The notes beneath the pieces are model-generated. The model had not been told where the DNA came from and did no database searches. It saw nothing but the letters and a program-made list of their open reading frames with translations. 31,864 bases of DNA from a virus (Duplodnaviria > Caudoviricetes), in the IMG/VR virus record IMGVR_UViG_3300020374_000016, positions 1 to 31,864 of that record; one strand, 5' to 3'. The position numbers and the translations under genes were made by a program. This document shows positions 17,380 through 26,562 of this stretch, one piece after another. The stretch's first letter is position 1. Every line of letters begins with the position of its first letter.

Positions 17380-18027
17380 ATGGCGTACACTTTTGCACAG
17401 CTAAAAACAGCCATACAAGAGTACACAGACAACACAGAAACTAGCTTTGTGTCGAATCTCGACGACTTCATTCGCGCCGCAGAAGATCGACTGTTTTACT
17501 TAGTGGATCTGGAATATTTCCGCAAGAATGCTACGAGCGCAACAACGTCCGGCAATGCTTTTTTGTTGTTGCCAACGGACTTTTTGGCTTCCTTTTCGCT
17601 ATCGATAACAAACAGTAGCTCGAAAGAATTCCTGTTACAGAAAGACGTTAACTTCATTCAGGAGTATACTCCTAACCCAGCTACTACCGGCACACCAAAA
17701 TATTACGCTAGATTTGATTTAACGAATATGATTCTAGCACCCACACCTGACAGTAATTACGTTTGTGAATTTCACTATTTCTACAGGCCAGCATCACTCA
17801 CCGCAGGTGCAGACAGCGGTACAACTTGGCTCAGTACAAACGCTCCAAATGCCTTGCTTTACGGCTCGTTATACGAGGCGTATGTTTACATGAAGGGTGA
17901 ACCCGACATAATTCAGTTGTACGAGAAACAGTTTGCTGAAGCGATAACTCGATTTAAGGATTTAGGAGAAGCGAGAGAAAACAGCGACTCCTATCGTAGA
18001 GGTTTGCCGGATCGGCCTCGAACGTAA
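17380..18027 (+). CDS. Second head-tail adaptor-like protein
   Basis: GGAGG RBS. LKTAIQEY, FIRAAEDR, LPTDFL, GTPKYYA, LAPTPD and LLYGSLYEA motifs, with the same overall pattern as 16205. Confidence 0.7.
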   Translation: MAYTFAQLKTAIQEYTDNTETSFVSNLDDFIRAAEDRLFYLVDLEYFRKNATSATTSGNAFLLLPTDFLASFSLSITNSSSKEFLLQKDVNFIQEYTPNPATTGTPKYYARFDLTNMILAPTPDSNYVCEFHYFYRPASLTAGADSGTTWLSTNAPNALLYGSLYEAYVYMKGEPDIIQLYEKQFAEAITRFKDLGEARENSDSYRRGLPDRPRT

Positions 18028-18029
18028 AC

Positions 18030-18797
18030 ATGTCAAAAAAATTAAAAGGCAAAAAAATAGCCATAGTTGGTTTGGGCGGCAGTTATTCTGATTTTGTTCG
18101 ATCCAGAATAAACTCTGCGTCTTTTGACGAGGTGTGGGGCATTAACAGCATTGGTGCCATTTTTCATGTAAATCGAACCTTTATGATGGATCCAGCCTCT
18201 AGGTTTTTGGATGACATAAAAGCTGGTACGCAAACAGGTGTTGCACAAGACTTTTTACTAAGAACGCCAAACAAAGGCCCGATATATTCTTGCGAGTTAG
18301 ACAAACGTGTCCCTGAAATTGAACTGTATCCTTTAGAAAAAATTATTACGGATGTTCAATTTCCGTACTTCAACAATACCGTTGCCTATGCCCTGGCTTT
18401 TGCGATTCATGAAAAAGTGGGTGCCATCCATTTATTTGGCATAGATTTTAGTTACAAACAAAATATTCACTTTGCAGAAGCGGGGCGCGGCTGTGTGGAG
18501 TTTTGGTGTGCCGTTGCGATGTCCAGAGGCATAAGTGTGCAAGTGGCTTCCAACTCCACTTTGTTAGACACAAACGTCCCGGAGGATGAAAAGCTGTACG
18601 GTTACCACAGGCTAGAAGATCCTTTGGTTCAAAAAGTGGTGGACGGGACGCTTGTGATTACGAAAAAAAGCGAAGTATCTTCTGTTCAAGAAGAAGAGGT
18701 AGGTTCGCCAGAACCGTTAGATGATTTAGAGCCTGTTGTAATAGGGCGTCACGATATAGAAAATGTCACATACATGGAGCCGCCAAGTGCAAAATAG
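18030..18797 (+). CDS. Putative glycosyltransferase (Maf/DUF115 or sialyltransferase-like Rossmann fold)
   Basis: KKIAIVGLGGS, EVWGIN, FNNTVAYALAFA and IHLFGIDF follow the motif order of Maf/GT29/GT42-like enzymes. Visibly AT-richer than the capsid genes. Confidence 0.6.
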   Translation: MSKKLKGKKIAIVGLGGSYSDFVRSRINSASFDEVWGINSIGAIFHVNRTFMMDPASRFLDDIKAGTQTGVAQDFLLRTPNKGPIYSCELDKRVPEIELYPLEKIITDVQFPYFNNTVAYALAFAIHEKVGAIHLFGIDFSYKQNIHFAEAGRGCVEFWCAVAMSRGISVQVASNSTLLDTNVPEDEKLYGYHRLEDPLVQKVVDGTLVITKKSEVSSVQEEEVGSPEPLDDLEPVVIGRHDIENVTYMEPPSAK

Positions 18798-19074
18798 CGG
18801 GTTTCTTACCGTAGGAAGTGTAAACGTAATGACCTCGCAAGACGGAGGCCATAGCACAGAACAAATTGTCGATCTTGCTATGGACAAAATTATGCGGGTT
18901 TCTGACAACGCTCCTCCGGCGATACGTGATCAAGCAGAGGCTTTTCAAAATCATCTTCGTCATGTATTGTTTCACTATATGCTCATGGCTCGTAGAGAGG
19001 AGCGTTCTACCATCGCTAATAGGATGGATAAAGTTGGTAACTCGGAAATGGCTGACCTTGTAAGGAGGATTTAA
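18787..19074 (+). CDS. Hypothetical protein (95 aa)
   Basis: GTG 18787 with GGAG upstream (the ORF track starts at 18763). VMTSQDGGHS and APPAIRDQAEAF. TAATG coupling to the next gene. Confidence 0.7.
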   Translation: MQNSGFLTVGSVNVMTSQDGGHSTEQIVDLAMDKIMRVSDNAPPAIRDQAEAFQNHLRHVLFHYMLMARREERSTIANRMDKVGNSEMADLVRRI

Positions 19075-19529
19075 TGGCTATAACACAGGCGATGTGTACT
19101 TCTTTCAAGAAAGAACTGTTAGAGGGTACACACAATTTTAAAAATTCTGGCGGCGGCACCTTTAAGCTGGCTCTTTTTGCTGAAGGAAGCGGCGGCAAGT
19201 CTAGCACTACAGCTACGTTGGGTGCGGCAACAACTGTTCTGGTAACAACCGGCGAGGTTGCTTCTAGTGGTTCTTATACCACAGGAGGCGGCAGTTTGAC
19301 TCGCGTAGACCCTACCTCTGGTGGCACTACCGGTTTTACTGACTTCGCCGATATCAGTTTTACCACGGCTACGATCACAGCAATGGGGGCTTTGATCTAC
19401 AACAGTAGCGCCAGTAACAAAGCTGTTTGTGTTTTGGATTTCACTAGCAATAAAACCTCAACAGCCGGAACTTTTACAATCGCATTTCCAGCAGCAGCCG
19501 CAGGTAGCGCGATTATCCGTATCGAATAG
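19074..19529 (+). CDS. Tail-associated structural protein (151 aa)
   Basis: AAGGAGG RBS. TSFKKELL, FKLALF, YTTGG, DFAD, ALIYN and VLDF motifs. Confidence 0.7.
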   Translation: MAITQAMCTSFKKELLEGTHNFKNSGGGTFKLALFAEGSGGKSSTTATLGAATTVLVTTGEVASSGSYTTGGGSLTRVDPTSGGTTGFTDFADISFTTATITAMGALIYNSSASNKAVCVLDFTSNKTSTAGTFTIAFPAAAAGSAIIRIE

Positions 19530-19538
19530 TGGGGTGTT

Positions 19539-21599
19539 ATGGCCCTTGTACTCGCTGATCGCGTAAAAGAAACGACCACCACTACCGGCACTGGCACATA
19601 TACTTTGGCCGGTGCCGTTACTGGCTTTGAGTCGTTTGGCTCTATCGGCAACTCCAACACTACCTATTACTGCTGCACCGATGGCACCGACTTTGAGGTT
19701 GGTGTCGGCACCTATACGTCCAGCGGCACTACTCTTGCGCGTACAACCATCCTGCAATCTAGCAATAGTGATAACGCCTTCAACTGGTCGGCGGGTACAC
19801 GCAGTATTTTCTGTACGCAACCAGCAGAAAAAGCGGTCCTCCTCGATGCAAGTGGCAACATCATAGCGGCCAACGGCAGCGCACTCACCGCGTTGAACGC
19901 TAGTAACCTTGCCAGCGGCACTGTAGCCAACGCTAGGCTGGATCAGCAGCTACAGGATGTTGCGGGCCTTGCTGTTACAAACGGCAACTTTATTGTAGGT
20001 GATGGCAGCAACTTTGTAGCAGAGTCCGGCGCGACAGCCAGAACCAGCCTTGGCCTTGGTACAGCGGCGGTGCTGGACACCGGCATATCTAACACAAACA
20101 TCCCGAAGTTCACATCCGGTGTAGCGGATGACGACTTTCTTCGTGTTGACGGCACTGCCATCGAAGGTCGTTCTGCGTCGGAAGTGCTGTCTGACATAGC
20201 GGCCATGCCTCTTGCCGGTGGTACGTTCACTGGCGACGTAACCTTTACGGGCGACAACCACAACATCGTCTTTGACAAGTCAGACGATGCGCTAGAGTTT
20301 GCTGACGATGCGAAGGCTGTTTTTGGCAACAGCGGTGACTTAGAAATTTTCCACAATGGCAGTAATTCTATCATTCAAGACACTGGCGCTGGCAACTTAA
20401 ATATAAAAACAAACGGCACATCCATTAAATTGCAAACTAATGCTGGCGACACAATGATTAACGCCATTAAAAATGGCGCAGTCGAACTTTACCACGACAA
20501 CAGCAAAAAGATGGAAACAGCCAGCGGCGGTATAAGCGTAACCGGCGAAGTGGCTGCAACCAGTCTTGATATTTCCGGTGACGTAGATGTAGACGGCACG
20601 TTAGAAGCAGACGCTATAACATTAAATGGTACGTCTCTGGCAGCTTCCGCTACAACTGACACCACTGATGCAAGCAACATTGGGTCTGGCACCCTACCCA
20701 ACGCCAGACTGGACGCGCAGCTACAAGACGTAGCTGGACTTGCTGTCACTAATGGCAACTTCATCGTAGGCGACGGCAGTAACTTCGTTGCGGAGTCCGG
20801 GTCTACGGCGAGGACAAGTCTGGGGCTTGGCACAGCGGCTGTACTAGACACGGGCATATCTAACACAAATGTACCAAAGTTTACGTCTGGCGTTGTAGAC
20901 GACGATTTTTTACGGGTAAACGGAACAGATATAGAGGGACGTTCTGCATCCGAAGTTCTGTCTGACATCGGTGGTCAAGCTAGTCTCACCTTTGGCATCA
21001 GCAATACAAACGCGGTTAAGATAGACAGCAGTTCGGTTGCTGATGACGAGTACGCACGATTTACTGCAAACGGTCTGGAGAGTCGATCAACGTCAGAGGT
21101 GCTGTCGGATATTGGCGGTCAGGCGTCTTTAACCTTTGGCATATCAAACACCAATGCAGTTAAGATTGACAGTTCTTCCGTAGCAGATGATGAGTACGCA
21201 CGTTTTACAGCCAATGGCCTAGAGAGTCGGTCAACCAGTGAGGTGCTATCTGACATTGGTGGTCAAGCTAGTCTCACTTTTGGCATTAGCAATACCAACG
21301 CAGTCAAGATTGACAGTTCTTCTGTAGCGGACGACGAGTTTGCTAGATTTACTGCAAGTGGACTAGAGAGCCGAAGCGCGTCGGAGGTTCGATCTGATAT
21401 CGGACTAGGCACAGCCGCTGTCGCAGCTACAGGCATCAGCAACGGCAACGTCCCAGTATTTACATCCGGCGTTGCAGACGACGACTTCTTGCGCGTAAAC
21501 GGAACCTCAATAGAGGGAAGATCAGTATCAGAACTAGCGTCCGACATAGGCGCAGCAACCACCGATGACGCAACCGCACTAGCAATCGCGTTGGGCTAG
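19539..21599 (+). CDS. Tail fibre protein with internal repeats (686 aa)
   Basis: DRVKETTTTTGTG N-terminus, ARTSLGLG fibre motifs, a duplicated ~100-aa block, three 48-aa repeats, GAVELYHDN segment and ALAIALG C-terminus. Confidence 0.8.
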   Translation: MALVLADRVKETTTTTGTGTYTLAGAVTGFESFGSIGNSNTTYYCCTDGTDFEVGVGTYTSSGTTLARTTILQSSNSDNAFNWSAGTRSIFCTQPAEKAVLLDASGNIIAANGSALTALNASNLASGTVANARLDQQLQDVAGLAVTNGNFIVGDGSNFVAESGATARTSLGLGTAAVLDTGISNTNIPKFTSGVADDDFLRVDGTAIEGRSASEVLSDIAAMPLAGGTFTGDVTFTGDNHNIVFDKSDDALEFADDAKAVFGNSGDLEIFHNGSNSIIQDTGAGNLNIKTNGTSIKLQTNAGDTMINAIKNGAVELYHDNSKKMETASGGISVTGEVAATSLDISGDVDVDGTLEADAITLNGTSLAASATTDTTDASNIGSGTLPNARLDAQLQDVAGLAVTNGNFIVGDGSNFVAESGSTARTSLGLGTAAVLDTGISNTNVPKFTSGVVDDDFLRVNGTDIEGRSASEVLSDIGGQASLTFGISNTNAVKIDSSSVADDEYARFTANGLESRSTSEVLSDIGGQASLTFGISNTNAVKIDSSSVADDEYARFTANGLESRSTSEVLSDIGGQASLTFGISNTNAVKIDSSSVADDEFARFTASGLESRSASEVRSDIGLGTAAVAATGISNGNVPVFTSGVADDDFLRVNGTSIEGRSVSELASDIGAATTDDATALAIALG
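20970..21401 (+). repeat. Three tandem 144-nt (48-aa) coding repeats
   Basis: Copies at 20970-21113, 21114-21257 and 21258-21401 of GGQASLTFGISNTNAVKIDSSSVADDEYARFTANGLESRSTSEVLSDI. Confidence 0.95.
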
Positions 21600-21602
21600 A
21601 CC

Positions 21603-23888
21603 ATGTTCGGTTTCGGCCCGTTTTCCTTCACCGCCTTCTCGGATGTGGTATCGGATGTAACTGTATCCGCAACTGGCGTTGCGGGTACAACTTCTGTTGG
21701 CAATGAAACAGTCGTTGCAGGGGCCACCGTCGCTGTTACGGGCGTTTCATCTTCAACTTCTGTTGGCAATGAAAATATTGTTGGCACCGCAGCCGTTTCA
21801 GCTAGCGGGGTAGCCGCCACATCTGCTGTTGGATCTGTAACTGTCGCTGCTGGTGCTACCGCAACTGCAACAGGCGTAGAAGGGACAGCCACCCTTGGCA
21901 ACGAGACTGTCGCTGCTGGTGCTACCGCAACTGCAACAGGTCTTTCAGCTTCTTCTGGTTTAGGCGCAGAAAGCGTAACAGGTACGGCGACAGTCTCGCC
22001 TACAGGCAACCAGGGCACAGCAAACGCTGGCTCTATAATTGTATCTGGGGCTGCGGTCACAGGTGTAACCGGTATTGCTAACACAAGTGGTCTAGGCGAC
22101 GAATCTGTTGTCGGCACAGCAAACATATCTGTTTCGGGTGTATCTAGCACTGCTACAGTTGGTAATGAAACAGCCTCCACCTCTGTCAGTTTAGCTCCGT
22201 CTGGTTTAGAGGCGACGACCTCTTTAGGGAACGAGTCTGTTGCCGGTTCCGCATCTGTTTCAGTTTCTGGAGTAGATGCCACGTCTGCTCTTGGAAATGA
22301 AACCGTTACAACCGGCGTTTCTATCAATGTTTCAGTTTCTGGAGTAGACGCCACGTCTGCTCTTGGCAACGAAACAGTCGCCGGAACAGCGTCTGTTTCT
22401 GTAAACGGCACACAAGGGACAGCCACACTCGGCAACGAAACAGTTGCCGCTGGCGCTACTGCATCCGCAACAGGAGTTTCTGCCTCTTCTGGTCTCGGTG
22501 CAGAAACCGTAACTGGAGGAGCGGTATCCTCGCCTACGGGTAGTCAAGGTGTAGCAAATGCAGGCTCGTTGATTACCTCTGGCACTGCCGTCACAGGTGT
22601 AACCGGCACCGCCAGCACAAGTGGTTTAGGTGAAGAGTCTGTTGTTGGTACAGCGAACGTATCTGTCACAGGTGTATCTGGCACTGCCACAGTTGGCAAC
22701 GAAACAGCGTCTACTTCTGTCAGTCTAGCTCCGTCTGGTTTAGGGGCAACGGCTTCTGTCGGCAATGAAACGGCGACTGGCGCGGCGACGGCATCTCCGT
22801 CCGGTGTAGAAGGAACATCCACTCTAGGAGATGAAACAGCAACAGGTGGCGCTACCGTCTCTCCATCAGGCGCAGAAGCAACGTCTGCGGTTGGTGATGA
22901 AACCATAACTGGCACTGCCTCTGTATCCCCGACTGGCGCAGAGGGAACGGCAACTCTTGGCAATGAAACTGTAACAGTTACTAAAAATATTTCGGTTTCT
23001 GTCACGAATGTAGCTGGCTCTGGCGTTGTTGGAAATGAAACGGTTGCAGCTTCCGCTGGCGTTAGTCCTTCTGGTGTTGACGGTACTTCTACTGTTGGTA
23101 ATGAAACCGTCGAACTTGTATTAGAGGTTCAGCCTACAAGTGTTGCAGGAACTGGCGCTGTTGGAAACGCACTTGCAGCCGGTGGAGCGTTTGTTGAAGA
23201 AACAGGACTAGAAGCAACTGTTGGCTTTGGTGAAGAGCAAGTTAGTGGTACTGCAAATGTATCTCCATCTGGTGTTGAAGCTGCCGGCGTTGTTGATGAC
23301 CTTACGATATCAGGAAGTTCCACTGTTGTCGCTTCCGGTGTAAATGCGACCGCCACTCTTGGCAATGAAACCGCATCAACAAGCGTAGTAACCGATGCCG
23401 CGGGTGTAAATGCGACCGCCACTCTGGGCGATGAGTCTGTCACTGCAAGCTCACTTGTTGATCTAAGTGGTGTAGAGGCGACCACTACTCTGGGCGACGA
23501 GACCACCTCCGGTACTGCCGTTGTGTCTCCTGCGGGTGTAGGGGCAACCGCTTCTGTTGGAGACGAGTCTGTTTCACTGCTCACGCTAGTTTCTGTGACG
23601 GGTGTTGCAGGAACTGGGCAAGTTGGCACTCCGACAATAAGGGGCGCTGCTGCGTTTTCTCCGACAGGATTGTCAGGGACAGGTGATGTTGGTATTGTCT
23701 TCATTTGGGGCTTAGTAGTCCCAGATCAGACTGCTAGTTGGACTGCTACTACTCCTGACCAGACTGCTAGTTGGGCTGCTACTACTCCTGACCAGGCTGC
23801 TAGTTGGAGTGAAACAACCCCGTCTCAAGGCGCTAGTTGGAGTGAAACAACCCCGAATCAGTCTGCTGATTGGAAGGAAGTGGCATAA
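21603..23888 (+). CDS. Ser/Thr/Gly/Ala/Val-rich repeat fibre-like protein (761 aa)
   Basis: About 22-aa repeat (xxGVxATxx(L/V)G(N/D)E(T/S)V) along nearly the whole length. MFGF..FS N-terminus and W-containing C-terminal repeats. Confidence 0.75.
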   Translation: MFGFGPFSFTAFSDVVSDVTVSATGVAGTTSVGNETVVAGATVAVTGVSSSTSVGNENIVGTAAVSASGVAATSAVGSVTVAAGATATATGVEGTATLGNETVAAGATATATGLSASSGLGAESVTGTATVSPTGNQGTANAGSIIVSGAAVTGVTGIANTSGLGDESVVGTANISVSGVSSTATVGNETASTSVSLAPSGLEATTSLGNESVAGSASVSVSGVDATSALGNETVTTGVSINVSVSGVDATSALGNETVAGTASVSVNGTQGTATLGNETVAAGATASATGVSASSGLGAETVTGGAVSSPTGSQGVANAGSLITSGTAVTGVTGTASTSGLGEESVVGTANVSVTGVSGTATVGNETASTSVSLAPSGLGATASVGNETATGAATASPSGVEGTSTLGDETATGGATVSPSGAEATSAVGDETITGTASVSPTGAEGTATLGNETVTVTKNISVSVTNVAGSGVVGNETVAASAGVSPSGVDGTSTVGNETVELVLEVQPTSVAGTGAVGNALAAGGAFVEETGLEATVGFGEEQVSGTANVSPSGVEAAGVVDDLTISGSSTVVASGVNATATLGNETASTSVVTDAAGVNATATLGDESVTASSLVDLSGVEATTTLGDETTSGTAVVSPAGVGATASVGDESVSLLTLVSVTGVAGTGQVGTPTIRGAAAFSPTGLSGTGDVGIVFIWGLVVPDQTASWTATTPDQTASWAATTPDQAASWSETTPSQGASWSETTPNQSADWKEVA
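23721..23885 (+). repeat. Five tandem 33-nt repeats (PxQxAxWxxxx)
   Basis: PDQTASWTATT, PDQTASWAATT, PDQAASWSETT, PSQGASWSETT, PNQSADWKEVA. Neighbouring copies are nearly identical in DNA. Confidence 0.9.
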
Positions 23889-24239
23889 ATGGCTAACACG
23901 TTTAAAGTAAAGACAAATGCAGCTATGCCAGCAAGCGCGGGTACGCCGCTCACCCTGTATACTGTACCGTCCAGCACTACTAGTGTGGTCTTGGGCCTGA
24001 TGCTGTGTAATGTACACACAAGTCAGGTGACCGCCGACGTACAGCTTGTGTCCGATACATCCGACACGGAAACCAACGAGACGGTGCTACTGGTCAAAGA
24101 CATCCCGATTCCGGCGGGTTCGTCAGTTGAGTTGTTGGCTGGCAACAAGGTTGTCTTGCAGACCACAGATGTTTTGAAGATCGATTGTAGTGTCGCTGCC
24201 AAGATCGACGCAACCTTGAGCATTATGGAGATCACTTGA
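23889..24239 (+). CDS. Small tail structural protein (116 aa)
   Basis: MANTFK...LYTVP...IPAGSS...KVVLQTTD...SIMEIT beta-sandwich pattern. Abuts both neighbours. Confidence 0.7.
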   Translation: MANTFKVKTNAAMPASAGTPLTLYTVPSSTTSVVLGLMLCNVHTSQVTADVQLVSDTSDTETNETVLLVKDIPIPAGSSVELLAGNKVVLQTTDVLKIDCSVAAKIDATLSIMEIT

Positions 24240-24688
24240 TGCCGTTTATTGGCAACCCCATAACATCCCAGTTCTCGTCTCGTCCTGCCACGCAAGAATT
24301 TAACGGTGACGGCTCGACCACGACTTTTACTTTGAATCAAACCGTTACGCAGGAAGACATCATTGTGTCTGTCGATGGCGTTGTGCAGGAAAGCGTGGAT
24401 GCGTTTACCGTGCCAGATGGCACAACCCTGACGTTTACAGCAGCACCGTCTAGCGGCACTGGCAATATCTTCGTGATCTACATGGGGGTTGCAGGCTCGT
24501 CTGTAACGCCGCCGGAACAGAACAAGGGAACATTCAAGGGTGGAGCGATATTCCGTACCAACGCACAGAACCTGACTTCTGATGTAACGATCCTTGCAAG
24601 CGAGAACGCAAACGTGACAGGCCCGTTTACGGTAGCTAATGGCGTAACCCTGACCGTTGAAAGCGGTGGGACATTGGTGACGCTATGA
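24239..24688 (+). CDS. Fibre baseplate/adaptor-like protein, MP(F/Y)IG family copy A
   Basis: ATG 24239 (TGATG) with GGAG RBS. FNGDGSTTTFTL, VSVDGVVQ and FTAAPSSG repeat domain. C-terminal NANVTGPFTV. Confidence 0.7.
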   Translation: MPFIGNPITSQFSSRPATQEFNGDGSTTTFTLNQTVTQEDIIVSVDGVVQESVDAFTVPDGTTLTFTAAPSSGTGNIFVIYMGVAGSSVTPPEQNKGTFKGGAIFRTNAQNLTSDVTILASENANVTGPFTVANGVTLTVESGGTLVTL

Positions 24689-25056
24689 GTACGTTGAAGG
24701 CAGATACTATTCAGAGTACCGGCGGTGGTGCGGTTACGCTGACCAAGCAAGCTGCCGCGAAAGCGTTTCTTAAATTTGAACAAGCTGGTCCTACCGTTCA
24801 TCAGAGTTTAAATATTGCGAGTGTCACAGACTCTTCAACTGGTAGATTTATCACCAATTTTACATCCAGTTTTACTGGTGCAGATGATTATAATTTTACA
24901 GGAATGAGTCAGTCCGGTAGCGCCACTGCGTATAACACGACAGTCACATTGGATGGAACTCCTACAACTAGCACTTGCTCTTACGAGCAGGTTTTTAATA
25001 ACTCTAGTTTTAGTGACAGAATATGTGGCGTTGATAACAACGGAGACCTCGCATGA
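24685..25056 (+). CDS. Small fibre-tip paralog 1 (AKAx / SxN / GDLA family)
   Basis: MSTLKADT...TKQAAAKAF...QSLNIASVTD...GDLA*. Confidence 0.75.
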   Translation: MSTLKADTIQSTGGGAVTLTKQAAAKAFLKFEQAGPTVHQSLNIASVTDSSTGRFITNFTSSFTGADDYNFTGMSQSGSATAYNTTVTLDGTPTTSTCSYEQVFNNSSFSDRICGVDNNGDLA

Positions 25057-25421
25057 GTACTATTGAGGTAGATACGCTCACAGGTGCGAGTAGGACAGGA
25101 CCAAACATTCTGTTCGCCATAAACGCCCAAACAGGAACCACCTACACCACTGTTCTGACCGACGGCGGCAAGGTTGTCACCTTAAATAATAGTGGTGCAA
25201 TTACACTGACAATACCGCCCAACTCTAGTGTCGCTTATCCTGTAGGCACTCGTATTGATTTAATTCAAATAGGAGCCGGACAGGTGACAGTAGCAGGAGG
25301 AACGGGCGTTACTGTAAACTCAACCCCCACCTTGAAGTTAAGAGCGCAGCATTCTGGTGCAAGCTGCATCAAGATTGCTACGGATACTTGGCAGCTTCTT
25401 GGAGATTTGGCGTCGTCATAA
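25053..25421 (+). CDS. Fibre protein: family-type N-terminus fused to a different fibre C-terminal domain
   Basis: MSTIEVDTL followed by INAQTGTTYT...IPPNSSVAYPVGT...QIGAGQVT...WQLLGDLASS. Confidence 0.75.
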   Translation: MSTIEVDTLTGASRTGPNILFAINAQTGTTYTTVLTDGGKVVTLNNSGAITLTIPPNSSVAYPVGTRIDLIQIGAGQVTVAGGTGVTVNSTPTLKLRAQHSGASCIKIATDTWQLLGDLASS

Positions 25422-26149
25422 TGCTTATACCTTTCGGCACAATGTCCTCTGGCAGTCAAGCGGCAGACGTTGCGAATCAGATTTCATTTAATACTCGTAC
25501 CTATACCGAAGATTTAAGTGGTGGGTCGAGTGGCACTCAGCAATCACATAGCACCAGTTTATCGGCTGGTTCTGTTGGAGATTTATCTATCTTGTGGGAG
25601 CGCCGAATAAACGGGGCAAGTACAGAGGAACCCGCAGCAAATCTTAATTCTGGGTGGACATCTATTGGTACATTTCCAACAAACGCAGGAAATGAATTTC
25701 GTAACGAATTTAGCTATAAAATAATGACTGCTTCAGACATAGCTAGTGGAACAGTGACTACTGGGCAGGCAGAAGTTCAGACAAACACACTTTTATTTTT
25801 TACGCCGACACAAGTTATTTCATCCGTCACAGTGTACGGATTTACGAGTCAAGCGACAGCCGGAACATTGAGTAACCAAACGCAAAGTATTTCATCATCA
25901 GGAGCATCTGCTCCTGTCATTATGATTGCTACTAAAACCACTCACGGTGGAGAGTCGCATAGTGCTAATATGGGAACCGCATCATTCGATGCTACTTTTG
26001 CGGAAGCTATATCCGCTAGTAAAATTTCACCAGATGACTTTCGTATCGGGTACATAATACAAAACTCAACACTTTCAGACGTTACCGTAAGTTACACAGA
26101 TGAAGGCAATAACCAGCAAGCTGCCAGCTTTCACATAGAGGTTACATAA
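25421..26149 (+). CDS. Ser/Thr-rich beta protein, putative receptor-binding/adhesin module (242 aa)
   Basis: True start is ATG 25421 (TAATG). AT-rich, with SVGDL, SGWT and YKIM motifs. Confidence 0.6.
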   Translation: MLIPFGTMSSGSQAADVANQISFNTRTYTEDLSGGSSGTQQSHSTSLSAGSVGDLSILWERRINGASTEEPAANLNSGWTSIGTFPTNAGNEFRNEFSYKIMTASDIASGTVTTGQAEVQTNTLLFFTPTQVISSVTVYGFTSQATAGTLSNQTQSISSSGASAPVIMIATKTTHGGESHSANMGTASFDATFAEAISASKISPDDFRIGYIIQNSTLSDVTVSYTDEGNNQQAASFHIEVT

Positions 26150-26562
26150 TGGCATTCGGTACACTCAAAGCAGATACCCTGACGCACTCGACTGCGGGTT
26201 CGCTTGCTACGAATTTCGTTGTGAATGGTAGTGCGAAGGCTTGGGGCAACGCTAACGTAAATCAAGCTACTCCCGCCTTTCGGGATTCGTTTAACTACGC
26301 CTCAATTCTGGACGAGGGAACCGGCTTGTATGAATTTACATTTACAAGCGCAATGAATGACGGCAGTTATTCAGCCACTATGACCTGCTCTGCTAAAGGT
26401 AGTCAAAACGCTTTTGCAAACATCATGACGACAGGTGATGACGCAGACACCTACAGAAAGCACAGTTCAACTATAATTGGCTGCACAAGCTGGAACGAAA
26501 ACGGCGGGGCGAACGGAGACCCTGAACACCTGCAATCAGTTATTCACGGAGACCTCGCATGA
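26149..26562 (+). CDS. Small fibre-tip paralog 2
   Basis: LKADTL...GSAKAW...DSFNYASILDEGTG...HGDLA*. Confidence 0.75.
   Translation: MAFGTLKADTLTHSTAGSLATNFVVNGSAKAWGNANVNQATPAFRDSFNYASILDEGTGLYEFTFTSAMNDGSYSATMTCSAKGSQNAFANIMTTGDDADTYRKHSSTIIGCTSWNENGGANGDPEHLQSVIHGDLA

Noticed and set aside
21596-23704. Long minus-strand ORFs (279, 153 and 191 aa)
   Set aside because: They are antisense shadows of the repetitive Ser/Thr/Ala/Val/Gly gene and mirror its repeats, with no independent features.
25043-25048. BsaI site (GAGACC) inside the junction repeat, suggesting a cloning artefact
   Set aside because: It is explained by GGA-GAC-CTC codons, one copy is GAGATC, and the context is natural coupled genes.
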